DNA of 64,000 nucleotides from Stylophora pistillata (lineage: Eukaryota): positions 16,642 to 80,641 of the forward strand of contig NW_019218325.1 of assembly GCF_002571385.2 (NCBI RefSeq), read 5' to 3'. Shown here one piece after another: positions 36,565-50,796 of this stretch (positions are counted from its first letter, which is position 1; each line of letters opens with the position of its first letter). The notes under the pieces were generated by a model, which worked only from the letters and a program-made list of their open reading frames with translations, did not search any database and was not told the DNA's origin. The position numbers and the translations under genes were made by a program.

Positions 36565-38219
36565 AAAGAAACAGAAGATTCAGAGGACTTAGAACCTTGG
36601 GAAACTTGAAATCAACAATGGATAACTTGTTGCAAATTCCATTTCCTTCAATCCAGCCAATCAGAGTAAAGATGCAGTTTCAACAGCCAATCATGCACGT
36701 TCGTTATTTCATTTACGTGACTCTTCTCCTTCTTTTCACCAATCGCCATTTTTGTTTTCGGTTCACTGACTGGCCTTTTATCATTTGTGGACACGATATA
36801 TGTTTGATTTTAATACAACCATTTCTCGAGTTTTATGGTACTCAATTTAAAGTTTAGTATTCAGTTGGGATAAGGTTAATAAATTACTTGAAAAGTCAGC
36901 GCTGTCTTTTTCTCTTGACCGTATACTTCCCTTTCTTAACTTTTATTTTCTACGTCCAGGCGTTTTTTCTCATTATATTTTGCACAAGATTAGAAGATTT
37001 TAATGCTAATAATCATGTTGCTGTTTTTGAGATGTCGAACATCAATTTCTTGGTTCTCTGGGCATGAGACAAAAATGTTTTTTTTTTTCTTTAAATAGAA
37101 ACATCGCTTTTCATGCAAGTCTAATTTTGGAACAGTTCCGTTATTCAAAAACAGGAGGTTACGTTATCAAGCAGCCTCAAAGGATTATACTTTTTAAAAA
37201 GATCGAGAAAGCAAAATACTCCAGCGCTCAGCCAATTCTAAACATATGGGATATTTAACCGGGTGTCAAATTTATTCAGGAACAGCCATTTACGTAATTT
37301 GCAGTAACAAGTGAACTTGCGTCAATTGTGTTCGTCACTTGATGGAATTGTTTTGTTTGTTTTCCTGTTACTCACAGCTCAGACTTGGTTGAAGTTTCTA
37401 AAAATTCCAAGTTTCTCACGGCAAAACCGCAGTTCGTGATCCAATTCCGCAATGATTGTGTTTTTTCCTTCTTACTTGTAAATATGAGTTAGGATAATTT
37501 TTCAGTCACCTTACAAACCTTTTTCATAAATGCAAATATTGTTCGCAGGTGTTATGAACACTCCTATAATTCCAAGTCCGTTAAAAGTCACCTATAAACG
37601 TATGGTTCCAAATCGATACTTACAACCGATCCTATTAAAATGTGGAAAATAGGTGCCATTCGTTTGTCTCCAAATAGATAAGTTTTACCACAAAGGCATT
37701 ATGATGTTGTCTTCCAGTTACGCACTGTTAAACACAGTTCCGCATTCGATTTCGAGCAAGCATCCCTAGCGAATGCTCACTAATAAGTCCACCAAACCGT
37801 AAGATAAAGAGTGTTTTATTCACAATCTAAAGAGACCACTTTAAGAGAAGAATTTTTACCAGTTTTTAAAACCACCCAAGTTAAAAAATTGTACCTGGTG
37901 AAAAATTAAATTTACCTTAAAAAAAATTACCTGCAACACATACACAGGCACGATTACGTAATCACTACGTGTATGAACACCGGATTTTGATCATGCTAGC
38001 AAGGTGTGATGGTAACAAATATTTTTGAGACGATAAGACGAAAGTGAAAAGGCTGCATAGTCATTGTGGATTTTGTTGTTGGAGGAAAGAAGCAGTTGTA
38101 TTTGGGAATCTTCTCATTTAGCTTCTACGGTTGTTTTGCAGTAAAGTCCCGCCGCTCGTGTGGCTTCCATCCAATGCCATTTAGTTTTTCGATTGTCATG
38201 TCTCGGTATATTGAGCAAT

Positions 38220-38310
38220 TTGATTGGCTATTTTTTGGGATCTCCTTTTTAAGTGGATGATGTTACTCACGTGACACGTGAGTAAGCCAGCGCTGTTCAA
38301 CATGGCGGGT
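38220..38310 (+). promoter_or_regulatory. Mitoferrin proximal promoter: CCAAT box, palindromic double E-box, YY1-like motif
   Basis: attgg at ~38223; ttactcacgtg-a-cacgtgagtaa at 38263-38285; aacatggcgg at ~38299; ~130 bp upstream of the ATG. Confidence 0.55.
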
Positions 38311-38414
38311 GGATTTTAATTGAGCGAAAGATAGAACGAAAGTCGGAGACAAACAACTAATTTGTGGGATTATTTGCAACTTTAAGGCTGGAGATTATTA
38401 GTTTTCCCTGCGTT

Positions 38415-41400
38415 ATGGACGATTCAGAGTATGAAAGCCTGCCAACGGAGAAGGTGACGGTACATCTTGCCGCGGGTGCTATGGCAGGAGTCATGGAACA
38501 TTGTGTAATGTACCCTGTGGACTGCGTTAAGGTACGATCGATGTACGAGTTCTTAGTCTCCTTTGAGAACTCTAAAACGTAGTCTAATCATATTATTCAC
38601 ATCGGTTAATCATGGGTTTTCTCTCTTTCTCCCTTTGTCTGAGTGCGGGAAATGTATCGCCTGTCTATCTTCAAACATTTAGGCTGGTGTCGATCGGTAC
38701 GCGTGGCCCAGTGAAATTCATCGTTAGGTCATATCACTTTGGGTGGGTAGAATTTTTTCGCCAAATTTTAGTTTTGCATCTGTAAACTGTTGGCATAGCA
38801 TATGAGTCCTAGTTCACTTTAAACTTTCGGCAAAAAATCTTGAAAATTCATTTTTTGACACCGTCACTGTGGATGATATTGGATCAACAGTTCTAGTTTT
38901 AAACAGAAATACTCCCGCGGATAATTAAAGGCTTTGCAATTATCGATTACGTCGTTCAGGTCATCGTCATCTCAAGATATTCGGAATGTTCAATATCAGA
39001 AAGTTGTTCTTTGAGATCGAAATCGAAGTGACTTTGTATGCACAGGGGACAATCTCTCCTTAATCAAACAAATTAGCCAGCTTCGGTGTTGAAAGGAAAT
39101 GATCGTCATCTCTGCAAGATTCCAGATGAAATAATTGTTTTTGAGACTAGCAGTGATGTTGTGTGACTTGTCTGAACACGGAATTAAAGAAATGGGAACT
39201 AAAAGAATGTGACGCTTTCATTATGATAGAGCACACCTTAAAACTACCTCATCCATACAGAAATGTGCTTGTTTGTATTGCAGATAACTGAATGTGTTAA
39301 CAAAGTGATAATAATTATAAAACAAAAGAGTTAATGTTGTGGGGGGACATCACTGTGTTTTAGGAGGGATTTGGAGTTATTTTAACCAAAGCTAATAGGC
39401 AAGGGTTAACTGGACTCTGAGAAGGGCCCAAAATATATTTATGCTGGAGAATGTAGACTTTGTTTCAATTATTATCACTTGTGAGATGCCAAGAAACTAA
39501 AAACCAAAAAAAAAAAGAAAAAAAAAACAAAATTATGACAAAACAGTCTGAACAATCTTGTGAGTGGGCTGAAATGCATTTAAGTGGGACAAGGTGATAA
39601 TAATATCCAGTATACCTTGTATTCCAAGTTTTCATAGATTTTGGAAGTTAGATTAAAAAAAGTCAGAAATTTGCATCAGTGGGAAGCTTTTGCCCATCAG
39701 GCTTGGAGTGGTAGAAAACTGTTAAAAGATAATTTAAAAGTAGTTTTTGCAACTGGTTTTGTGTTTGGAATTTTTGAAATCATTGTTTCATACTACCTAT
39801 CCTGTCTTTCCTGAGGAATCATGAAAATGTGGATCGCTTTGTATGGTCAAGTAGTTAAAGTTTTATGGAAAAAAAAATATGCGTCTTTCTTAATTATAGA
39901 CAAGGATGCAGAGTTTGCGTCCACATCCAAATGCTGTCTATAAAAGCATTGGGGATGCTCTCACAACGATGGTTAAAAAAGAAGGACTTTTTACCCCTCT
40001 TAGGGGAATGAATGTGGTAGCAATAGGAGCTGGTCCTGCGCATGCATTCTATTTCAGTACTTACGAGGCAACTAAGAAGTTCTTGAATGGGAACCAAGAC
40101 ACATACAATCCTGTTTCACATGGTAGGTATCTGTGTTGAGCATTTTGATGTAACAGATGTCATAAGAGTTGACAGAAACTTAACCAGCTAGTAAAAGAGA
40201 AGAGAAGGAAAGAGAAAAGAATGTTTCGTCAATGTTATTGGAAGGAAATGAATTCTTTGCAAGATGATCCCTTGAAAAGTTAATGAATTATCAATCTTAG
40301 ATGCAGCACGAATGGTTCCTATGTTCCTTTCTAGTCCTTCCCCACTGCAAAACTTAATGCAGTGAAAATGGACTAAATTAAATTAAACTAAATTAAATTA
40401 AATTAGATGTTTTCGATTAGTTATGTGGTATATAATTTGAGCTTTTCAAAATGTCAAACAAGGCAATACTTCGGATTTTTTACTCAAAATTAGGAGGGCT
40501 TTTCAAGACAACTTGCATGTTATTTGATCCATTTACACACACACTTTTCAAAACAACTTGTACATTATTTGATCCATTTACACACACACATACAATGTCT
40601 AATATAAATAATAAATCTCCCCTTCTTGATCATTGTACTTGTTGATTCAAGTGAGACAATCTGAAAGAGACATTTACTCCACATAAATTACTCCAGTGCT
40701 GGCAAGTGGCTGGCTGTAGGTGTTTTGCAGAACACTTGTTCTTTTTTTTAAGTTGCAGCAACACCAGATGATATCTGAGAAGACATTCCAGATATGGTTT
40801 GATGACATGTAGTTAAGCATGTTCATTAAAAATTATCCATAGTATCCTAACTTCCAAATCTGTTGCCCATTATTGTGTCTTTTTCTCAGGTAAAATTTCA
40901 GGAGGGACTGCTCAGTTGTTAGAAAATTTTAGTCATTATTGCTTTACCTTTACTCTCCCAGTTCTGCAGCAAAATGCAAGTCCATCCACTGCCCTCAATA
41001 CCAACTGATTAAATACTTTAACTACAAAAGATGAATGTCTCTCTTTGTGAAGTATAATCAAGTTTCTGTTTATAATTTTCTTTTTCATTGTTTTAAGGCA
41101 TTGGGAAATTCTTGTTACCTCAAATGAATGTGAATTCAAATTGTAAAAAAACAAAAAACCACAAATTTTGACTGGGGAAATGGGAAATATTCTATATAGG
41201 AGAAAAACTGTCTGTCAGAAGATACTAACTGGCAGTTTTAATAATTATTTTCCCTGCAGGTCTTGCTGGAATTTGTGCAACAGTATTTCATGATGGTGCC
41301 ATGAATCCTGTAGAAGGTGTATCAAGACACTCATTCTTTTAATTAATCTTGCTTTTATCCTTCACTGCCCTTTAATACCTTTTTCAACATTCATATTTAA

Positions 41401-42311
41401 AGTCATTGAAAATTGCCTGTAGAACCCTGCAGTCAAGTCATCTAATATGTAACTTAAGAAGATGGTTAAATTTGAATGTTGATGACTCTGGTTAACAGAT
41501 CTCCAACTCTATTCTAAGGTTAAGCTGGTAGGCCCCCCCCCAGTGGATAATCCATCACTCTCTTTGATAACCAATATTTAGCCGAGAAATATTCTGGACA
41601 GCCTCTCTGCTTCTGAGCAGATCCTGCACGTAATCATAAAGTTATCTGTTGGCTTTGTCATGTAACGTTTGTCTTTCTAAATACACAAGACTACAATGTA
41701 TGAACAGTGTTGCTATAAAGTGTCTAGTTACTAACACTGCATTTCTTTCCTTTTGTGCTGTCAAATCAGTGATCAAGCAAAGGATGCAGATGTATGGGAG
41801 TCCATATCGTAGTGTTCTTCATTGTATAAGGACTGTACTTCATGAGGAAGGGTTCAGAGCCTTCTATCGCAGTTACACAACTCAGCTTTCAATGAACATA
41901 CCTTTCCAAAGTTTACACTTTACTGTGTATGAATATGCACGAGAGACACTAAACCCATCGCGTGGTTATGACCCAAAGACTCATGTGATAGCAGGGGCAA
42001 CTGCAGGAGCTGTTGCAGCTGCCGTAACCACACCACTGGATGTAGCAAAGACATTACTTAACACCCAGGAGAGGGAAGCTGTTTGTTTAGTTGGTAAACA
42101 AGAAGGACATGCTTACCTAGATGGAATGGTTATGGCTTTCCGCTCTATTTACAGACTTCGTGGCTTCTCTGGGTATTTCCAAGGAGTTCAAGCTAGAGTG
42201 CTTTATCAAATGCCGTCATGTGCTATTTGCTGGTCAGTTTATGAGTTTTTCAAACATTTCTTGCACCTGACTGAGAAAGAGACTACTGATTATGAACTCA
42301 CTGTGGCTTAA
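38415..42311 (+). CDS. SLC25A28: Mitoferrin (mitochondrial iron carrier, SLC25A28/SLC25A37 family); exons 38415-38531, 39900-40122, 41260-41316, 41770-42311
   Basis: [101 protein letters not shown]. Likely co-orthologue of both vertebrate genes. Confidence 0.97.
40499..40590 (+). repeat. ~45-bp direct duplication in mitoferrin intron 2
   Basis: cttttcaa.acaacttg.a..ttatttgatccatttacacacaca occurs twice. Confidence 0.85.
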
Positions 42312-44230
42312 AAGAATGGGAAATGGAGAAATCCTAACAAAAGATTCATTCACCTGTAGATGTGAAGAGGTAGTTGTCATTAATTGCATAAATTGTGTCT
42401 TCCATGGAATGCCTTAATCAACTTATTGACGAAGATTGAATATGCAGATGTTGGGGAAACCACAGCATTATGGAAAGTTATAAAACCATCCTTGAAAGGG
42501 TAATCAGATACAATGGTTTCAAGCCAGTTCCTCATACTGTTGTGGCTTTTCAATGTAGATGAAAGTTGAATTCAAGGTAAAAGGATGGGAGTTTGTCTGT
42601 AGGGTGACACGCCAGTTCTTCATTCTATTGCCTTGTTGTAGTTTTAAAATGTAGAAAAGAAAGTAGAGGAGAGGAACGTTGGCTTCAGTGTTATGCCACT
42701 TCCTGCCTCACCAAACAATTCTGCATACTGGTAGTGCAGTTTATTACTGATCATGTGCTGCATATTAAAACTATTAACAATGCCTTCAGTTTATGGAATG
42801 AAGTAGTTTAGTAAGAGTATAAAACGTAAAAGGAAATTTAACCATGCACCAGTAGATTAATTCAAATTAATCATACATAAGGGAGCTGCAAATCTTATGC
42901 CAATGTTTTTTACATGGAAAGTATATCCATGTGTTTGTCATGACACGACAGATATTTTTATTGTAAAAGACAGTTACTGTATTGTTAAAATGTTTGAATT
43001 TTGGGGTGGCTGCTGTTCAGGGAAGAATTTGCAGTTTCAGTGTTCAGCCATTTCTTGTTGTTAAGGAGGCACAGCTTATTGCAGTGGAGTAAGATAGGAC
43101 TATAGACTTTCTCTGCTGAGCTTTGTAACCTCCTCTGGGCAGCAAGAGCCTCTACCAGTCTTGCCATTTCACTGGTACAAGGTATCTTAATCATTTATAT
43201 TATGGCATGAAATAAGAGCTTTGTATGGTTACAAATATATGAGCAAGAGTCAAACTCGGTCTCACAGTGTTTGCCAGTTTCTCTCTGTTAAGGTGGTTAA
43301 AGATGAAGATTTGTGTAGTAAATAATTTTGAATAAAATTCAGCTCTTTTACACTGAAATGTATCTTCATTTTTTGTTTATTTGTTGTCTTGGAGCCTTTG
43401 AACCTTAAATTGTAATTCACAGAGGAAGAATGAAGGAAAATTTCATAATGCTTGTAAAACTCTTTGTATTTGTCTGGCCTTGTGGGCTCTTCAAAGTACT
43501 GCACAACTCGTGAAAATACTCAGTGAAAGGTTTAAAGACAAGGTGGCACTCCTTTGCTTATATGCTCTTACTTCAGACTGATAGGCTCTCGGTATTTTAA
43601 AAGTCATCACACAAACAAGTGCCTCTTCAGGTATCATAATTAAGTTAGTAAAAACATGTCAATTTACAAACATGGTAGCATTCAGGAAGTTTGATGGCCC
43701 CATCATCACTCTGTGGGAATGCCCTGATTTTAAAAATATTTCAAACAACTCTGCAAGACTGCATGAAGGATTTCATCAAAAGGTTGGTGATCGTACATTT
43801 TCGATTTTTCTACACCTTTCCTCATTACTATTATACCACAATTTATATTCTTCTTAACCTTTGTCAGAAAGAATTTTCATATTTGGGGAGAATGTTCATT
43901 TTTCTGTATATTATGCTGTACACAATGGGCCTAGCTAAGGGTTCTGGATATTAGGCTGTTTTTGGTTTGTGTATGTAGCATTTTCTGTTGTTTTGTTTGT
44001 GTGTGTGGTATTTTCCTATCGCAAAGAGAAATTAAAAAGAAAAAAATTGACAAAAAACTAACAGACAATTTTAAGTCAGCAGCATCTCATGGGGAAAAAC
44101 ACTGTGTATCAGCATTGTCCACTCGTGTCCAGGCCCAAGAGGAGTGAGGTTCCTCTGGCAGCTTTTCTCAGCTCAGTCAAACAATGTCAGAGTTAACCAC
44201 CTGTTCCAAGGTGTTTTGATGGCTTTCTGG

Positions 44231-47200
44231 CTAGTTACTATCTGGAAGGACAGAAATGATCATTCCATATCTTGGCCAGCGATATTCTCTTGGAAGGACA
44301 AGCTGAAAAAATTTGACAGCCTTAGTCCTCGTAAAATATACCAGTATCCTTTAAAGACAACACTTTTCAATTAACCAATCGAAAAAAACAGCTCTCAATA
44401 ATTTGAAATTGGAATACCTCGTTGGGCCTTGTCAAAACATCCAGGTCTCTGTCAAGTGTTTGTAGGAAGTCCTCAGTTATCAGAACCTGATAAACATAGT
44501 AGAAGAAGAATACACTGACAAGAAATACAGACTTGATTAGAAATTATCTAAACCTCATTTTCTAACCTGGCTGGACAATAGTCCATTTTACAGTTGTGTG
44601 CTTGGTTGCCAAGCCTTTGAATGGGAGTGAGGCTAGAGATGACCTTGCTGCCTTTCAAATGTAAATCATTTTGTTATCATGCTAACTAGATACAGGTCTC
44701 TATCACAACAAGGTCATCTTTATCCTCACTCTGAATCAAAGGCTTGGCACCTAAGTACACAACTGTAAAATGGCCTATTACATTGTTTTTGGAAACAAAT
44801 CAGTTGGGACAGCAGATACCAAGTGGCAACCAAGGAGTCATGGGTATACAGGCTTCCTTTCTCAACCTTTTCACCCATACCTAAGTGTGACAACTATACA
44901 ATTTTTGTTCACAACGTCTTGGTTGAATCAAACACCAGGGTCACAAGAATAAAGAAAATGATCGCCATTTAAAGAAGCTATTGATTGTTAAATTCTTGTT
45001 GGTCTCCCAAGGAAAGTATAGAAAACAGTGTGGAGAATCTACGTGCTGATGTCGGGATGAAAAGAGATAACATCCACTCGCAGGCTTGTCTTTAACTCAG
45101 CTAGCTCCCACAGTAATTCTTTTTTTCTATCCTCCCCCTATCTTTATTTGTCACAACTGACAGACCCATTCTGATGAAAGGGAAGGTGATGGAAGAAGAA
45201 AACTCTTATGGGAATGACCTTAGATTTTAAACATACATATGATTTTGCTCTATGTACCTGAAGCCAAGTTCCGCATGCAGCAAACCTGTGCTCATTATCA
45301 GCAATGGACCCAGTTACATTAGAACTAAGAAATGTGACAGCCATGTCATTCACTGAACTATGGAATGTGAAGTGTCGTCCATGATTGAGCCGACCCCTGA
45401 TTAACAAACACATTGCAATCCTCATTTCTAGCAACCCCATCATCATCATTATCAGCATCATCTTGTTTTGTCTTAAAAATGGAGTTTACATACAGAATAT
45501 GGCAAATACAAAGCATAAGTTTAATTTACTGGAAAAAATTAAAAATTCATCACTATGGAGAACATAAAATTACAGCTCTTTTTAGGAATACCTCAGAGCT
45601 AGTGGTAACAGCATGGCGGCCTCCAAACCAAACCGAAGATGAATACCTCGCAGAGTTCGTGTACGAGAAATTTCACTGACGACACTACTACAAGCAGAGC
45701 GTCCTTCAGTTGTCACACCATCTGTGGCCCTGTTTGATGTAAAGGAAGACCCAGTGCGTATTGGTGGTAAGACAGGGAAACGTGTGGTCAAATCCTTCCC
45801 AGTCTGGGTATCATGTGATGATCCATAAGGAAAACTTGCTTGCTGGCTGGTAGAATTGTTTACAAAGCTTTCCTCCCACCAGCATTTAGCACTGACACCA
45901 CTTAGATTGGAACCCTCTTTCTCAATTCCATTTGTGACTGTTTCCTTTAAATAAAAATGACATTGGAAAGTCATGTTAACTTATGGTAATAGTTGTTGTG
46001 CATTCAACAGCTGATGACTCTAAAAACTATGTTATGTCAAGGAAATATCATTAGAGAGCCTTTGATAAATATTGAAGGTTTTGTTTCCCCCATTCTAACA
46101 CACTTTGCCATGCATTTCAAATAGTTTTTTTTTCAATACGGCAACAATGAGGTTTAATGCTTCAGATAAAACAGTCCAAAAATTCTTCATTTACTTGGTT
46201 ATGTGCTGCCCTTGCATAAATGCTGCCCTGGACTGCACAGCACAGATGGAGTTATAATTACATATCTATCTCTAACTGAATCAGAAAAATGCAATGTTCT
46301 TTCAAGTATTGGACCAAAATAAAGTTATGTTACGATGGACTTTGGTAATCTGCAAGATCATGGGAAATTAATATTAAAATACCAGCCATCAGAGCTTTAA
46401 ACAAGTTTCATATTTCACATTATATTCTGGGAATTTAACAATGATATGGGAAATATGACTTTGAAATAAACCCTGTCCCTGAATAAATGCAGTATCAGAA
46501 ATGCAAATTATTTAATTTTACAGAGGGGCATCCATTTGGTAGCTTAGGAGATATTGTATTGAATTCCAACATGACTTCATCTGAATTTTTTTCCAGTTCT
46601 CTTGCATGACGTGATAAATCAAAGACAACTAAAATTTACCTGCAAGGAGGGTTTAATTACAAAAATTGATTCTATCCTGTCCATGTCAGTCACAAGCCAA
46701 GGTCCACCAGCTCTGAAAAAAGGAAAGGAAATTGAAAGACTTATTTCAATATTAAGGTCCAGTTCAAATGTCAAATTTCTTATGTGCCAAACTTAACTCC
46801 TTTTTTTTTTTTGCTTGTGTGGTATTTTTTGTATTTTTGTATTTTATTGTAATCAGACATGACATGACACTTAGCATAATGACGCACTACCCACAAATAG
46901 CAGAGCTAGTCTCGGCAGGTAGTGTGTGCACACTAAAACATCTGAAATAAAATTCGGCTTAACAAAAGATTGAATAAATATACAAGAAACAGAAATTAAA
47001 TATTAAATCAGTAAAGCACAAATGACAGTATGAGATACAAATACAGAAACAGAAACACATGACAATAAATAGAAGAATACATAAGTTATGATTTAACTTT
47101 CGACACATCATTGATTATTCGTTCTACGTCAACATAACTATCCTGAACTTGAAGATTTTGAAATAATATTTTTGTTATCTTTTTCTTGAAAATATGTTTT

Positions 47201-50200
47201 GGAAGATTCCTTAAGTTTCCTGGGATGCTATTCCAAATTTTACAACCAATCCTTAAGAATGAGTTTTTATGTTGATTTAGCATAGAATACTTTATGTAAT
47301 AGTTACCGGCAGATGAAGATCGGGTATTATGATTGCGTATTTAGTGGGAAAGAGTGAACATACCAGAAAGATTAGGGGACGTTAAGTCGACTAAAATAGT
47401 TAAATACAGCATTTGATTCAAACGTTGAATTTAACTCTGTTTGCTGTCAATATTCCCTGGCACGCTACTTAATTTCTAGACCGTGATGAAGATATCTATT
47501 GAGCATTTGCTTAATTACTTAACTGATGCTTTAATTTGTTTTTCTCTTTGTTTTTGCTTCATCATCTTGGCTTTTCGTCATGATACCCTGACTCGATTCA
47601 CGTTCCATCATTTCATTGAAACACGACTCCCAATATGCCACAGATTTTCCAACTTTCCACCCAGGAGTGCCCTCTTTATTTTTAAAAACCGAACACCTCA
47701 TACAAAAGTAATTACAGCACGTCAAACAACTATAAATTGTCTTTGCAAACAAGAACTTCGAATTCCTTCGTCTCCCACTATTTTTTTGTGCTGTTTTGAC
47801 TTTTTTACATATGGCATTAACAGAATTCCTGGTGAGTTGTGTGTAATAAATGAACCATAATAATTTCCTATAATTCATGCATTAAGTTCATCACATGTGA
47901 GATGCGATGTTTGAATTAACAGTCGAACCTAAGTCGAATCTTCGACTCTTTCAGTTGCAGATACGGCAAAAGTCGCATTTAATTTAAATCAGTCGAATTT
48001 AATTGATTCAAAAGTCGCACTTGATATGCACATAACTCTTGCATTAAATTCTGCACCTGTCAAATTCGACATTTGAACCGGGCCTAAGTAATTTACTTTT
48101 CAGTACTTTACTGAACAAAACTTTACTTTTAACAACTATTTATTAAATAACTGTTATAATACATCTCTTTTCAGTGGCAATGACCAAGGAGAGAGAGGTG
48201 GTTGAGTAAATTTTTGCTAGGTATGGCCACTGGCCTTTAAGAACCCTTTCTCATTATTACTAGGAATTTACCCCTCCCCCCATGGGCCAATGGCCAACAT
48301 TATACAATGGACACTTCCCTCGCACAAACGTTGCTGCTGTCAAGACCATAAACTGTGGTTGAAACATTACTTGAGGAGTGTTTAACTACTGGCAAACTTA
48401 CGGAGGTACTTGTTTCAAAAGATCCAACACAGCAATGCCATTCCAATGTTGAGCAGCTTGCAGTTCCTCTGTGCAAATTCCAACTACCTGTTCTTGGCAA
48501 GTGTCAGAGACAGTAAGAACTACAATCCATTCAAAAATGACTGAGAAACAGACAAATTTAATTACTCATTAAATTATAAATTACATCTTGACATCAGTCG
48601 GCAATTTCTCCAAACTTTTCTTTAAACATTCCTTATGATTCTTATAAGAAGAAGCTTAATAATCAAGAGTTTCTTGACCTCACAATTATTTCATTAAATG
48701 GTTGAGTTACCTGAATGAAACGAACTGATCCCAAGGGACCTGAAATAACTGGTATCCGAGGGTCATCTACCATCAACATGTGTTGTATATGGGATGGGTT
48801 ACAGTTATATTGTCCAGCGGCAGAGGGTGTCTGGTCTAATGGGAGATGCCAGGAAACATGGTCTCCACTCACTAGCATATTGTCTGACAAAAGAAATTAT
48901 TAAATCAAACAAATATAGTACATTAAACAAAGGCTAAGGATGGGACGCTTCTCAGGTGCATGTCACCTTCTCTTCCTTTTGTCATGAACAAGTAATAATT
49001 TACCTCTAAAGGTGCCCAAAAGTGGGTTGCCAGAAAGATAAACACACACAAACCCTACCTCTAAACTCAATGCATAATTAACTTCTTTGAAATTGCAAGA
49101 AAAGTTTATGTCTTTACCTGTCTGAAACACATAGCGTGCAAGTGACTGGAGCAATTCTGCTGGCCAGCTGGGTGGTGATGTCTCTCCAACTTGCTTCTTC
49201 AGACGAAAGGTGAGCTCAAAACCAAACCCACTTGGACTCTCCCGCCTTTTGACTCTGCAGTGAAATCATAAAGGAAGTCCTTTCAGGTCCTTTTTTGATA
49301 ATGTCAGGACTCCCAATGAAACAATAGAAAATGTTGAGGAAAAAGGGACATCTTAAGAAGAAAACCACATCTTATTTTTATGAAGAGTGAGTGAAGATGG
49401 GGTAGGTTTAGTGAGCTAAAGCATAGCCAATAAAGAATTTCTAGAAAAGATTTCATTTTGAAGTAAAAGAAATTACTTCTACCATGTGAAATGACCCAGA
49501 AGAAAAATTAGTCTCACATACTCATGAACACGTCCATCACCATGGAGATCAGATAGCCCGGCTGAGATATAGTGCCAGTGTGAGGGAATCCCCTCCATTG
49601 GGCTACCAGGATTGTTAAACATGCTGATGAAATCCAGGGGATCAGGACCACCAAGCCTGCAAAGAATGGCAACAGTAACTTACTTTAGTCTTATAAGGAG
49701 AGTGACCCCCATCCATCCCCCTCGTCAGGGGCTGCCGGTTGTGTCACCCACGCCTTGCAATAGGCCATTTCTGAATTACTGTTGGCCTCTTCTTCAAGAT
49801 GAGGCCTGGTGCTCAAGCATTCTTGTGAAAATGAGTTAAATTTGTGTGTGAATGAAAACTTAATATCATATGAAAGGATGAGCCCCAGGATTCGCTTTGA
49901 AAAAGAGGCTGAAGAAAATTCAGTTTTAAATTCGGCTCCTGGGAAACATTTTAGTGTGCCTATCAAGACTCGAGGTGCAAGGAATGAGCCGCAGAAACCC
50001 CCTTGGTTCAGTTTGAAAGGTCTCGCTTTAATTCGGCTCTGCGACTATAACGGATTGGGAAGGCTAGTTTTAAGGCGAAGAAAAAAATGTAGAGATTTAC
50101 TGCAGATTCACACTGGTGAAGATATTTACAGAATGGTGGAAATTTAGAGTATCCCATGTCTACATCTTTACCGTATTTTATTTTGTCTTCATGGACTCAC

Positions 50201-50340
50201 CAGTATTTTATCAGGGCAGTAACTTGTAGTGGATTTGGTTGATCAGGATAGATTTGTCTTAGAGTGGAGTAGATTGCTTCTAAGCCTCGAGGTGTTGGAA
50301 TACTTGGCGCCGGTAAAGACATTCCGCAATATCCTGACAT
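44231..50340 (-). CDS. SUFU: Suppressor of fused homolog; exons ~50201-50340, 49522-49656, 49118-49254, 48711-48883, 48402-48487, 46640-46712, 45591-45944, 45258-45396, 44419-44487, 44231-44302
   Basis: YPDQPNPLQVTALIKYWLGGPDPLD, HWHYISAGLSDLHGDGRVH, GFGFELTFRLK, WPAELLQSLARYVFQ, GDHVSWHLPLD, EGSNLSGVSA, LPLALRGRLNHGRHFTF, LPREYRWP. Confidence 0.97.
44577..44779. mobile_element. Palindromic MITE in a SUFU intron
   Basis: aatagtccattttacagttgtgtgcttggttgccaagcctttga versus tcaaaggcttggcacctaagtacacaactgtaaaatggcctatt. Confidence 0.85.
46870..47385 (-). mobile_element. LINE (CR1/L2-like) 3' end
   Basis: HNTRSSSAGNYY..YS.LNQHKNSFLRIGCKIWNSIP.NLRNLPK..FKKKI, followed by an AT-rich 3'UTR. Confidence 0.8.
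47386..48088. mobile_element. Probable Harbinger-like non-autonomous element, one end lost next to the LINE
   Basis: Right end reads ...ttcgacatttgaaccgggcc|taa, and repeated gtcgaa/ttcgac subterminal motifs occur at both ends. Confidence 0.45.
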
Positions 50341-50796
50341 GGCTTCTTGAAGATATTTTGATTACACAATTTCAAGCGCCTGAGGACAGAATAGTAGAAA
50401 TAATCCTACACTCGCCACCTCACAGGATAAAAACTATGTCCTCCGATCCTAAATTATCGATTTTCCAAAGCTAAACCTGAGCGTCAAGAGATAAAATGTC
50501 GCAAAGTCTAACACACATTGATGGAATGTGCGACGCGTCCGTTCTTGAAGCAGAATTCAGCGATCACGCCGAAAACACTTGGTTTCGCGGATAGCGTAGC
50601 CACGTGATTGAGCAAATCGGTAGTAATAGCGTTTTCCAGAATCAAGCTCTATCACAGCTCCAGAGTCTTCCGTGTTAAAAAGAGAAGTTTGCCCAACATG
50701 AACCTCAGATGTGTAATAAATTTCGAAGAAGACTGGACCGAGGTGAGGTTATCGAGCACAGACTCCTGGGACAGATATCTTTCGCCAACTTTCAAG
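50341..50796. promoter_or_regulatory. Bidirectional SUFU/BOD1 promoter (456 bp between ATGs)
   Basis: Head-to-head starts; CpG-rich; E-box cacgtg at ~50601; YY1-like aagatggcggc overlapping the BOD1 ATG. Confidence 0.65.

Noticed and set aside
42675-42700. Iron-responsive element in the mitoferrin 3'UTR (CAGTGT loop)
   Set aside because: The flanking five bases do not form the required upper stem; the same holds for the site near 43038.
44343-44352. U12 donor-like GTATCCTTT on the + strand
   Set aside because: It lies antisense within a SUFU intron with no matching + strand exon.
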